From assembly GCA_049967655.1 (NCBI GenBank), contig JBMFSH010000010.1:22430-86429 (forward strand): a stretch of 64,000 nucleotides of DNA. Reading direction: 5' to 3'. Below, piece after piece: positions 49,203 to 57,917 of this stretch. Below the pieces are notes generated by a model. It worked only from the letters and a program-made list of their open reading frames with translations, ran no database searches and was not told where the DNA came from. The stretch's first letter is position 1, and every line of letters starts with the position of its first letter. Both the position numbers and the translations under genes were made by a program. This stretch comes from Acidobacteriota bacterium (lineage in GTDB: Bacteria > Acidobacteriota > UBA4820 > DSQY01).

Positions 49203-49952
49203 TCAGGCGGCGCCCAGCAGGAGCTTGATCGCGGTGGCCAGGACGGCCAGGGCGAAGGCGAACTTGATGACCCGCTCCCCCCCGCGCACGCTGACGGTGG
49301 CGCCGAGCCACGCCCCCGCGGCGTTGCCCGCGGCAAGGACGAGGCCCGCCACCCAGCGTACGTCTCCCAGGATGGCGAAGACGGCCAGCGAAGGGATCAT
49401 GTAGAGGCCGATGATGAAGACCTTGTGCATGTTCACTCGCACGAGGTCGAGCGCGAGCAGCCCCTGAAGCAGGGCCATGAGAATGAACCCCACGCCCGCC
49501 TGGACGAACCCGCCGTAGAAGCCCACCGCCACCATGCTCAGATGGGCTGCCGCTCGATGAGGGACGCGGTGTGCCGCCAGCCCCTTGCCGTCCCTCTTGG
49601 GGCGGAGGACCTCCACCAGCACCCCGATCATGACGAGAGCGAGCAGCCGCTTGAACCAGATGGGGCTGATGTCGGCGGCGGCCAAGGCCCCCAGGACGGC
49701 ACCGGGCAGCGTGCAAAGGCCTAGGGTGAGGCTGAGCTTGAAATCGGAGAAGCCCTTCCTGCGGAAGGAGGCGACCGCCGAGATGTTCTGACCGAGAAGC
49801 GCGATGCGGTTCGTTCCGTTGGCCACGGCCGGGCTCATGCCCATGAAGATCATGAAGGGGAGGGTCAGCAGGGAGCCCCCGCCGGCCAGGACGTTGAGAA
49901 CGCCCGTCAGAAGACCGAGTAGGGCCAGAAGCTCGTACTGCCACAGATGCAT
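49203..49952 (-). CDS. TauE/SafE-family anion (sulfite-type) exporter
   Basis: VLNVLAGGGSLLTLPFM…NGTNRI and 7-8 TM helices. Start at MHLWQYE with a GGAGAGAGGGGGG SD. Confidence 0.82.
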   Translation of the reverse strand: MHLWQYELLALLGLLTGVLNVLAGGGSLLTLPFMIFMGMSPAVANGTNRIALLGQNISAVASFRRKGFSDFKLSLTLGLCTLPGAVLGALAAADISPIWFKRLLALVMIGVLVEVLRPKRDGKGLAAHRVPHRAAAHLSMVAVGFYGGFVQAGVGFILMALLQGLLALDLVRVNMHKVFIIGLYMIPSLAVFAILGDVRWVAGLVLAAGNAAGAWLGATVSVRGGERVIKFAFALAVLATAIKLLLGAA

Positions 49953-49986
49953 GGCTCCCCCCTCTCTCCGTGTCCAAAGGCGCACC

Positions 49987-50012
49987 AAAAGGGAGGGGCT
50001 TCAGCCCCTCCC
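49987..50012 (-). terminator. Intrinsic terminator after the fumarase genes (GGGAGGGGC-TGAA-GCCCCTCCC-TTTT)
   Basis: Perfect 9-bp stem, tetraloop and U4 on the minus transcript, 57 nt after the stop at 50069. Confidence 0.75.
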
Positions 50013-50068
50013 TCGGAAGTGTAGCACCGAAGGCGCGAAGCCAACGCATCGCGCTCCGGAGAGAGCTC

Positions 50069-50623
50069 CTACCGGACCTCGTACTGCTTGCGGCCCTCGA
50101 TGTAGAGGTCGCCTCCGTGGCAATCGGTGACCACCACGAGGGGCATGTCCTCCACCTCGAGCCGGCGCACCGCCTCGGGGCCCAGGTCCTCGTAGGCGAT
50201 GACGTCGCACTTCTTGATGCACTTGGCGATGAGCGCCGCGGCGCCCCCCGTGGCGCCGAGGTAGACCACCTTGTACTTGGCCATGGCCTCCTTCACGGCG
50301 TCGCTGCGCTTGCCCTTGGCGATCATGCCCTTCATGCCGATCTCCATGAGGCGAGGGGCGTAGGGATCCATGCGGTAGGCCGTGGTGGGGCCCGCCGAGC
50401 CGATGACGTTGCCCGGCTTGGTGGGGCTGGGGCCCACGTAGTAGACGAGGCTCCCCTTGATGTCAAAGGGCAGGGGCTGGCCCTTGTCGAGGCCTTCGAC
50501 CATCCGTTTGTGGGCGGCGTCGCGCGCCGTGTAGATGGTACCCGAAAGGCGGACGCTGTCACCGATGCGGAGCTTCTGGACGTCGGCGTCGGTGAGGGGC
50601 GTCTTCAGAGTGTATTCAGCCAT
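50069..50623 (-). CDS. Class I (Fe-S) fumarate hydratase / tartrate dehydratase, beta subunit
   Basis: GDSVRLSGTIYTARDAAHKR and MIAKGKRS…VYLGATGGAAALI are typical of the FumA C-terminal-domain family. Confidence 0.88.
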   Translation of the reverse strand: MAEYTLKTPLTDADVQKLRIGDSVRLSGTIYTARDAAHKRMVEGLDKGQPLPFDIKGSLVYYVGPSPTKPGNVIGSAGPTTAYRMDPYAPRLMEIGMKGMIAKGKRSDAVKEAMAKYKVVYLGATGGAAALIAKCIKKCDVIAYEDLGPEAVRRLEVEDMPLVVVTDCHGGDLYIEGRKQYEVR

Positions 50624-50633
50624 GATCCCCTCC

Positions 50634-51473
50634 TCACAGTTCCACTTCGCCGTGGCGGTCGGCGTGGCAGTTTACGTTCACGGCGACCGGCAGAGCCACC
50701 AGGTGGCAGGGGTACACCTCGATGTTCACCCCCAGCACCGTCACCGTTCCGCCGTAGCCCATGGGGCCGATACCCAGCTTGTTGAGGCTCACCTTCAGTT
50801 CGTCCTCCAGGGCGGCGTAGAAGGGGTCCGGGTTCCGGTGGTAGGGCGAGCGCATGGCGGCTTTCTTGGAGAGGATGCAGGACTTCTCGAAGGTGCCACC
50901 CAGCCCCACGCCGATGACGAGCGGGGGGCAGGCGTTGGCCCCTCCGGCGGAGACCGTCTCCAGGACAAACTTCTTCACCCCCTCCAGGCCGTCTGCGGGT
51001 TTGAGCATGGCTTGCTTGGACATGTTCTCGCTGCCGCCGCCCTTGGCGCCAAAGGTGAGGCGGATCTTGTCCCCGGGCACCACCTCGTAGTGAATGACCG
51101 CCGGGGTGTTGTCCCCCGTGTTCTTGCGCTGGATGGGGTCGTTCAGGATGGACTTGCGCAGGTAGCCCTCGGAGTAGGCCTTGCGGATGCCGGCGTTGAT
51201 GGCGTCCGTGAGGTTGCCCTCCACGTGCACGTCCTGGCCCACCTCCGCGAAGACCACGGCGAAGCCCGTGTCCTGGCAGTAGGGGACGCACTCCTGTCGG
51301 GCGATACGGGCGTTCTCCTGGATTTGGCGGATGACCTCCCTGCCCGCTTCCGACCTCTCCGCCGCGAGGGCCTCGTCGAAGGCTCGCAGCATCTCCGGGC
51401 CGATGTCGTAGTTGGCGTTGATGGCCACCTTGGCCAGCGCCTCGGTGACCTCTTCGGCTTTGATTGTTCTCAT
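50634..51473 (-). CDS. Class I (Fe-S) fumarate hydratase / tartrate dehydratase, alpha subunit
   Basis: VPYCQDTG, GGGSENMS and CPPLVIGVGLGG cluster-ligand motifs. Confidence 0.88.
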   Translation of the reverse strand: MRTIKAEEVTEALAKVAINANYDIGPEMLRAFDEALAAERSEAGREVIRQIQENARIARQECVPYCQDTGFAVVFAEVGQDVHVEGNLTDAINAGIRKAYSEGYLRKSILNDPIQRKNTGDNTPAVIHYEVVPGDKIRLTFGAKGGGSENMSKQAMLKPADGLEGVKKFVLETVSAGGANACPPLVIGVGLGGTFEKSCILSKKAAMRSPYHRNPDPFYAALEDELKVSLNKLGIGPMGYGGTVTVLGVNIEVYPCHLVALPVAVNVNCHADRHGEVEL

Positions 51474-51525
51474 CTATTACCCCCGATAAGAAGGGAGTCC
51501 GATCCGTCAGGCCCCCAGGCGTTCG

Positions 51526-51554
51526 ATGATACCCCCCCGCCCGTGCGGTGGCAA
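51526..51554 (-). promoter_or_regulatory. Predicted fumarase promoter TTGCCA-N17-TATCAT
   Basis: Minus strand reads TTGCCAccgcacgggcgggggggTATCAT, about 50 nt upstream of the ATG at 51473. Confidence 0.5.
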
Positions 51555-51555
51555 G

Positions 51556-51656
51556 GCGCCCCAATCCCGCGTTGGAACGGGGGAAAGAACATGGAAAGCA
51601 AGCGGAACAAGCCGTTGAAGAAGAGGCCCTTGTCACCTATCAAGGGATTGGGGTGC
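51556..51656 (+). repeat. Purine-rich 8-nt periodic tract enclosed by a 13-nt inverted repeat (GCGCCCCAATCCC / GGGATTGGGGTGC)
   Basis: Arms at 51556-51568 and 51644-51656. The interior reads GGAACGGG GGAAAGAA CATGGAAA GCAAGCGG AACAAGCC GTTGAAGA AGAGGCCC. Confidence 0.7.
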
Positions 51657-51743
51657 CCTCGAGCCAAAGGCGAGAGGGCACCAAGGGTGGGGTGAGGCTC
51701 CACGGGCTTTGCCCGTGGAGCGGGGAGGGAATGGCCCTCCCCG
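51652..51743. other. Three consecutive perfect GC-rich hairpins (9, 10 and 9 bp stems)
   Basis: GGTGCCCTC…GAGGGCACC at 51652-51682. CTCCACGGGC-TTT-GCCCGTGGAG at 51698-51720. CGGGGAGGG-AATGG-CCCTCCCCG at 51721-51743. All lie in the fumarase/mdh divergent spacer. Confidence 0.7.
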
Positions 51744-51947
51744 TCCAGGAGACAACGCCTTTCCCCAGTGAACCCGAGCGGTAGCCGGAGGCTCCCGCGT
51801 TTCTATCGCGGAATTTGGGGGGCGCTGAGGTGTCCCCTCTTGCCCACGATCGTGGTATAGTAGCATCTCGGTTGGGCGAATTCTCGGCTCGGAGGCCGGC
51901 GGTCTCGCCCGGGGGCGGAACCACAAAGCACGAAAGGAGACATGCAC

Positions 51948-52958
51948 ATGCTGAAAAAGATCGGTCTCATCGGCGGTGGTTACATCGGCGGCGTTCTCGC
52001 TCAGGAGATAGCCCAGCGGAGGCTCGCGCGCGAGGTGGGGCTGGTGGACCCAGCGCCCATGCCGAACCCGAACGATCCCCCGGAGCGCCAGGAGGTCATC
52101 AAGAAGCAGTCCGTGTCGATCGGAAAGTGCCTGGACATCGCCGAGGGGCTGCCGACCATCCGCAAGGACGTCAAGCTCGTCGGCTCCAAGGACTACTCCG
52201 CCATCGAGGGTGCCGAGTTGATCATTAACACCGCGGGCGTTCCCCGCAAGGCTCGGCCTGACGGCACATTCCCCAGCCGCGAGGAGCTCCTCACCATCAA
52301 CCTCAAGGTTACCATCGAGGTGGCCAAGGGTATCCAGAAGTACTGCCCGAACGCCATGGTCATCTCCATCGCCAACCCGCTCGACGCCATCGTCTACACC
52401 CTCGACAAGCGCCTCAAGCCCAAGAAAAACATGCTCTTCGGCATGGCCGGCGTGCTCGATTCGGAGCGCTATTGCTACTTCGTCGCCGAGGCGGCCAAGG
52501 TGTCGGTGGAGAACGTCCACGCCATGGTCCTCGGTGGCCACGGCGACGACATGGTGCCGGTGCGCAGCTCCTGCCAGATCGCCGGCATCCCGGTCACCAA
52601 GTTCCTCGACACCGACACCCTGGCCAAGATCGAAACGCGCACCCGCAAGGCGGGCGGTGAGATCGTAGGCCTGCTGGGCTTCGGCTCCGCGTTCGTGTCG
52701 CCGGCCTGGTCGGCCCTCGAGATGGCCGAGGCGGTGATCTTCGACAAGCGCAAGATCCTGCCGGTCTGCGCCAAGCTGGAGGGCGAGTACGGCGTCAAGG
52801 GGCTGTTCGTCGGCGTGCCGGCGATCGTCGGCAGGAACGGCATCGAGAAGGTGATCGAGCTCGACCTCACCGAGGACGAGAAGGCGGCCCTCGTGAAGTC
52901 GGTCGCCGGGGTCAAGAAGACCTGCGACGAAGTCGACACCATGCTCAAGAACCTGTGA
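51948..52958 (+). CDS. mdh: Malate dehydrogenase (LDH-like family) with unusual insertions
   Basis: IGLIGGGYIGG Rossmann motif, NTAGVPRK, ISIANPLD, GGHGDDMVP. AAAGGAG SD favours the ATG at 51948 over 51942. Confidence 0.88.
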   Translation: MLKKIGLIGGGYIGGVLAQEIAQRRLAREVGLVDPAPMPNPNDPPERQEVIKKQSVSIGKCLDIAEGLPTIRKDVKLVGSKDYSAIEGAELIINTAGVPRKARPDGTFPSREELLTINLKVTIEVAKGIQKYCPNAMVISIANPLDAIVYTLDKRLKPKKNMLFGMAGVLDSERYCYFVAEAAKVSVENVHAMVLGGHGDDMVPVRSSCQIAGIPVTKFLDTDTLAKIETRTRKAGGEIVGLLGFGSAFVSPAWSALEMAEAVIFDKRKILPVCAKLEGEYGVKGLFVGVPAIVGRNGIEKVIELDLTEDEKAALVKSVAGVKKTCDEVDTMLKNL

Positions 52959-52985
52959 GCCGTCGCCTCGGAATCCGCGTATCCA

Positions 52986-53018
52986 GGGCTCCCCGCCGAG
53001 GCGGGGAGCCCTTTCCTT
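52986..53018 (+). terminator. Intrinsic terminator after mdh (GGGCTCCCCGC-CGAG-GCGGGGAGCCC-TTTCCTT)
   Basis: 11-bp perfect stem plus a T-rich tail, only about 15 nt before the SD of the next gene. Confidence 0.75.
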
Positions 53019-53032
53019 ACCCGGAGGGACCC

Positions 53033-55015
53033 ATGAGGAGGAGAAAGATCGCCGCGGCGCTCCTGGCCTGCCTGACCCTGACGCTCTGCGCGCTCGGGGC
53101 AAGGGCGCAGGAAGCCGCCCAGGTCGAGGAGCTACTCAAGCCCGTCACGGCGGCGAAGTATCCCGGCGCGGACGCGGTGGCGGTCCTCGACGAGACGCAC
53201 GTGGAGGTGGAGGAGTCGGGACTCAGCCACGTCAATCGGACGCAGCTCATCAAGGTCCTGACCGAGAAGGGGGCGGCCGAGTACGCCACCCTGCGCTTCG
53301 ACTACGATCCCGCCTCCTCCCTGGCCGAGATCAAGAAGCTGACGGTCTTCCGGGCGGACGGGAGCGTCCAGGAGGTGCCCCCCTCCAGGATCTACGATCT
53401 TCCCCAGCCCCAGTTCATGATCTACTGGGACCCTCGGATGAAGGTGGCCTCCATCCCCAAGCTCAACCCCGGCGACGCGGTGGAGATCGAGACCACCTCC
53501 AAGGGCTTCGTCATCGCCTACCTGAACGACCCGGCGCAGCCGGACGACGAGAAGTACATCCCGCCCATGCGGGGCCACTACTACGACGTGGTGCTCTTCC
53601 AGGGGAACCTGCCCATCGTGAGGAAAAGCTACACCATCGTGCTTCCGAAGGACAAGCCGATCCAGGCTGAGGTCTTTCACGGCGAGCTGGGAAGCGCGAC
53701 CTCCTTCGGCGAGAAGAGCCTGACCTACAGCTGGTGGAAGGAGAACGTGCCCGCCGCCAAGCGCGAGCCGCGCATGGTGGACGACCAAGACGCCTTCCCG
53801 AAGCTGGTCCTGGCAACGGTGAAGGACTGGCCCGAGAAGTCCCGCTGGTTCTACAAGGTGAACGAGGACGCCCACGCCTTCGCCTACGACGACGCCATCA
53901 AGGCCAAGGTGGAGGAGATCACGCGGGGCCTCAAGACCGACGACGAGAAGCGCTTCGCCATCCTCGCCTGGGTGGCGCGCCAGATCCGCTACAGCGGAAT
54001 CTCCATGGGCAAGGGGGAGGGCTACACCCTGCACCCGGGCATCATGACCTTCCACGACCGCTGCGGTGTCTGCAAGGACATCGCCGGCATGTGCATCACC
54101 ATGTTCCGCGCGGCCGGCTTCACCCACACCTACCCCGCCATGACCATGGTGGGAGCCAAGGTGGAGAAGATCGCGGCGGACCAGTTCGACCACTGCGTCG
54201 TCGCCACGGAGGTGGCGCCGAACCGGTACAAGCTCTACGACCCCACCTGGTGCCCCTTCAGCCGGGAGATCTGGTCCTCGGCAGAGAAGCCGCAGAACTA
54301 CCTCATCGGCTCTCCCCGGGGTGAGGAGCTCATGGAGACGCCGCCGGCACCGGCCAGCGACAACTTCATCCGGATCGAGTCGGAGGGCACCCTTGACGAG
54401 CGGGGGGACCTGGCGGGCACCCTGACCATCACGGGCGGCCACTACAGCGAGACCAACCTGGCCTGGGCCGTGGTCAACAGCCCCGCGAGCGAAGTGAGGA
54501 GCGTCTTCGAGGGGTGGATCGCCCGCATCTCGCCCAGGGCCCGACTCGCCGGCTACCGCACGACGGACCCGGTGGATGTGACCAGGCCCTTCTCGATCAC
54601 GCTCACCTACAAGGTTCCCGGCTACGCCACGGTGGCCGGCGGGCGCATGGTCTTCGTGCCGCCCATGGCCCACGGCATCCTCGACAGCCCGAGGATGACG
54701 GACTTCATGGGCGCGGTGAAGGGCGCCGAGCGGAGCTACGGCATCTACCTGCGGGCGACCCGCGACTTCGCTTTCCGGGAGACCCTGACGCTCCCGAAGG
54801 GGTACTCCCTCGCCGGCGCGCCCGCCTATGTGAAGGTGGACGGCCCGGCGGCCGGCTTTTCCGCGTCGGCCGCCATGCGTTCAGGCCGGCTTCAATTCGA
54901 CGAAAACCTGGTCATCAAGCAGAAGATCATCTCCGCCGACGAGTACGGAAATCTCAAGTCCGCGGTGGATGCTTTTCGGGCGGCCGAGCGGGCGCCGGTG
55001 GTGGTGGGGAAATGA
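53033..55015 (+). CDS. Secreted DUF3857-domain / transglutaminase-like cysteine protease-fold protein (catalytic triad intact)
   Basis: Signal peptide MRRRKIAAALLACLTLTLCALGARAQE. Core motifs CGVCKDIAGMCITMFRAAGF (Cys), FDHCVVATEV (His) and LYDPTW (Asp). Confidence 0.75.
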   Translation: MRRRKIAAALLACLTLTLCALGARAQEAAQVEELLKPVTAAKYPGADAVAVLDETHVEVEESGLSHVNRTQLIKVLTEKGAAEYATLRFDYDPASSLAEIKKLTVFRADGSVQEVPPSRIYDLPQPQFMIYWDPRMKVASIPKLNPGDAVEIETTSKGFVIAYLNDPAQPDDEKYIPPMRGHYYDVVLFQGNLPIVRKSYTIVLPKDKPIQAEVFHGELGSATSFGEKSLTYSWWKENVPAAKREPRMVDDQDAFPKLVLATVKDWPEKSRWFYKVNEDAHAFAYDDAIKAKVEEITRGLKTDDEKRFAILAWVARQIRYSGISMGKGEGYTLHPGIMTFHDRCGVCKDIAGMCITMFRAAGFTHTYPAMTMVGAKVEKIAADQFDHCVVATEVAPNRYKLYDPTWCPFSREIWSSAEKPQNYLIGSPRGEELMETPPAPASDNFIRIESEGTLDERGDLAGTLTITGGHYSETNLAWAVVNSPASEVRSVFEGWIARISPRARLAGYRTTDPVDVTRPFSITLTYKVPGYATVAGGRMVFVPPMAHGILDSPRMTDFMGAVKGAERSYGIYLRATRDFAFRETLTLPKGYSLAGAPAYVKVDGPAAGFSASAAMRSGRLQFDENLVIKQKIISADEYGNLKSAVDAFRAAERAPVVVGK

Positions 55016-56958
55016 CGGAGCCGAAGAGCTGGGGACCTCAAGAGCTGACGAGTGCCGTGAAAAAGGCGGCCAAGGGGATGGCGGGCCTCGTGCTGGCCGC
55101 GGCCGCGCTGCCCATCCTGGCGGCTGGCCTTCCGCCGCAATACGCCGGGAGCCCCACCGCCAAGGACTATCCGCACGCCGACGTGCTCGTCCTCTCGGAG
55201 AGCCGCGACTTCACCTTTCTGCCCGACGGGCGCCAGGTCGAGAAGGTCAGACGCGTGGAAAAGATCCTCACCTACCAAGGGATGGACGAGACGGGCGACC
55301 CGAAGGTCTCCTTTAACAAGAGGGAGCAGGAGCTCTCCATCGGCCGCTGCCGGACCTACACCGCCGACGGCCAAACCGTGGACGCCAAGGCCAACTCCTT
55401 CAACGAGATGACCCCCTTCGAGCTGGAGAGGGCTCCGGCCTACACCGACTGGCGGCAGATGGTCATCACCAAGGTGGGGCTGGACATCAACTGCGTCGTT
55501 GAGCTGGAGTACACCCTCACGGACAAGCGGCCGTGGCGCCGCTATCTGGAGGGGGTGGAGCGGTTCGAGGATCAGGACCCGGCCCTGGAGCGGAGCGTCT
55601 CCGTCACCGTGCCCGAGGGCACTGCGCTTCGCTACCGTCTCTTCAACGCCCAGGCGGAGCCCGTGGTGACCCGGACGGGCGGCGCCGTGACCACTACCTG
55701 GACCCTGCGCCGCGTCCCCCTTGCGCCTCCCGACGAGATGGGGTCTCAGGAGAGCGACTTCCTGCCCACGCTGGTGTTCACGACCTGTCCGGGCTGGGGA
55801 CAGGAGTCATCGGCCATCGGCGGGCTGGTGGCCAAGGCGGAGGCGGCCACCTCGCCCCAGCTCACGAAGAAGGAAGAATCTCTCCTGACGGGCGTCCGAA
55901 CCCCCTTCGAGAAGATTGTGGCGCTCAGCGCCTACGTGGCCGACGATATCAACACAGTACGCTGGCCGCTTCGGGACTTCGATTTCGCCCCCCGGGGTGC
56001 CGCCGAGGTCTACGACTCGGGTTACGGCAACGCGCTGGACAAGGCCGTCCTCCTCTGCGCCATGCTCAAGGGGGCGGGGATCGGCGCGGCGATTTGGGCG
56101 GGGCGGCGGAGTGTGCCGGGCGGGCTCGATCCCGAACCGGTTCCCTGCATGGCCCAGATGAACGCGGTGCTGGTCCGGGTGGAGGGCGCCGGAGGCCCTC
56201 TCTGGCTCGACCCCACGGCCAGCCTGTCTCAACGATCGCAGCGGGACTTCGCCGGGTTCAAAGGCCTGCTCCTCGGGGGCGGCTCGGACGATCTGCAACC
56301 CCTGCCCCCCGTAGGCGGGACAGACCGGCTCGAGGCCGACCTCGAAGCCACCGCCGCTGCCGACCTGTCCCTGGAGGGCAAAGGCCTGATCACCCTGTTG
56401 GGCCGCTACAGCCCCTTTTACGCGGTCCAGGGCGACGAGAAGGCTCAGCGGAGCTACCTTGCCGCCTTCGTGGAAGGTCTGCTTCCGGGGAGCGAACTGA
56501 CGGACTGCGCGGTGGTGAGGCTGGAGCCGCAACAGGGCGTCTTCCGGGTCCTCTTCAAGACGCCGGCCCCCAAGGCCGAGGCCGGCATCCGCGCGCTCTC
56601 CACGGGGCTGCCGGGCGAATCCCTCCTGGCCCGGTATCCGTCGAGTTACCTTGGTGAGAGGACGATTCCCCTGGTGCTGAGGGGCAGCGGAAAGGAGCAC
56701 TTCGTGCTGCGCATCACCCTCCCCGAGGGAGCCGGACCCCTCTACCTACCGAACCATGTCCAGGTCTCCAGCACGGCGGGAAACTTCACGCAGAGCTGGG
56801 GGGCCGACGGGAGGATTCTGACGATGGACGCTGCGGCGGAGATCCCTGGAAGGATCATCCAGCCCAAGGATTATGAGGCCTGGAGGGATCTCTTCGGGAT
56901 CGCCAACGCCCAGGCCGAGCGCTGGGTGCTGTTCGGGAGTGAGGAAGTGAGGAAGTGA
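55012..56958 (+). CDS. DUF3857 / transglutaminase-like paralogue lacking catalytic Cys and His
   Basis: ATGA overlap with the upstream gene and the same architecture. The Cys position reads GYGNALDKAVLLCAML and the His position reads QMNAVLVRVE, while LWLDPTA is retained. Confidence 0.7.
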   Translation: MTEPKSWGPQELTSAVKKAAKGMAGLVLAAAALPILAAGLPPQYAGSPTAKDYPHADVLVLSESRDFTFLPDGRQVEKVRRVEKILTYQGMDETGDPKVSFNKREQELSIGRCRTYTADGQTVDAKANSFNEMTPFELERAPAYTDWRQMVITKVGLDINCVVELEYTLTDKRPWRRYLEGVERFEDQDPALERSVSVTVPEGTALRYRLFNAQAEPVVTRTGGAVTTTWTLRRVPLAPPDEMGSQESDFLPTLVFTTCPGWGQESSAIGGLVAKAEAATSPQLTKKEESLLTGVRTPFEKIVALSAYVADDINTVRWPLRDFDFAPRGAAEVYDSGYGNALDKAVLLCAMLKGAGIGAAIWAGRRSVPGGLDPEPVPCMAQMNAVLVRVEGAGGPLWLDPTASLSQRSQRDFAGFKGLLLGGGSDDLQPLPPVGGTDRLEADLEATAAADLSLEGKGLITLLGRYSPFYAVQGDEKAQRSYLAAFVEGLLPGSELTDCAVVRLEPQQGVFRVLFKTPAPKAEAGIRALSTGLPGESLLARYPSSYLGERTIPLVLRGSGKEHFVLRITLPEGAGPLYLPNHVQVSSTAGNFTQSWGADGRILTMDAAAEIPGRIIQPKDYEAWRDLFGIANAQAERWVLFGSEEVRK

Positions 56959-56980
56959 GGAAGTGAGGAAGTTGAGGAAG
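56934..56980 (+). repeat. Octamer array (GAGGAAGT)x4 plus TGAGGAAG
   Basis: Units at 56941, 56949, 56957 and 56965. The last codons and the TGA stop (56956-56958) of the upstream CDS are made of array units. Confidence 0.9.
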
Positions 56981-57095
56981 ACGGCCTCGTGGGCCGCGTG
57001 CTTGCTCCCGCTGATCATCCCGCATCCGGGTGGCCTCAAGATGAGATGGCTGAGAAGGGCGGGACGGTGACCAGGGGACCCGGCGGGACGGCGGC

Positions 57096-57854
57096 GTGAG
57101 CGGACCCTGGCTCTATCCGCTCCTGTTCGGCGTGGGCCTCTTCGCGGGCATGGTGGATTCGGTGGCCGGCGGGGGTGGGCTCATCACCATCCCGGCCTTC
57201 CTGGCCATGGGCCTCTCGCCCCAGGACGCCCTCGGCACTAACAAGCTCCAGGCCTGCTTCGGCTCGGGCAGCGCCACTTTTCACTTCGCGAGGGCCAAGG
57301 AGGTGGATCTCAAAAGCTGCGGCCGGGCAATCCTTTTCACCGCCCTGGGCGCGGCGCTCGGGACGCTGACGGTCCAGTTGGCCAATCCCGGCTTCCTGAG
57401 GCAGCTCATTCCGGTGCTCCTGATCGCCATCGCCCTTTACACCTTGTTGACGCCCAGGCTGGGCCTGCAAGACGCCCGGCCCCGGATGGACACGGCCTCC
57501 TTCCACCTGCTCTTCGGCCTCGGGCTCGGCTTCTACGACGGCTTTTTCGGCCCCGGGGTGGGCTCCTTCTGGATCATCGCCTACGTCTCGCTGCTCGGCT
57601 TCAACATGAAGAAGGCCACGGCGAACACGAAGGTGATGAACTTCACCAGCAACCTCACCTCGCTCCTCTTTTTCTTCATCGGCGGCCACGTCCTCGTGGT
57701 GAAGGCGCTGGCCATGGCCGCGGGGCAGCTCGTGGGCGCCAGGATCGGCGTGGGGCTGGTCCTGCAGCGCGGAGCTCGCTTCGTGCGCCCCGTCTTCCTC
57801 GCCGTGGCCTTCGCCATGGCCCTCAAGCTGTTGGTTCAGGCCTTTCACCCCTGA
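57096..57854 (+). CDS. TauE/SafE-family anion exporter (second copy)
   Basis: GMVDSVAGGGGLITIPAFL…GTNKLQ and about 8 TM helices. GTG start per the ORF track. Confidence 0.8.
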   Translation: MSGPWLYPLLFGVGLFAGMVDSVAGGGGLITIPAFLAMGLSPQDALGTNKLQACFGSGSATFHFARAKEVDLKSCGRAILFTALGAALGTLTVQLANPGFLRQLIPVLLIAIALYTLLTPRLGLQDARPRMDTASFHLLFGLGLGFYDGFFGPGVGSFWIIAYVSLLGFNMKKATANTKVMNFTSNLTSLLFFFIGGHVLVVKALAMAAGQLVGARIGVGLVLQRGARFVRPVFLAVAFAMALKLLVQAFHP

Positions 57855-57917
57855 CGGCGCGGTGCGGCTGAGCGCCCTTGCCGGCAGGCCAGGGAACGTA
57901 AAGGAGCCGAGGGGGGC

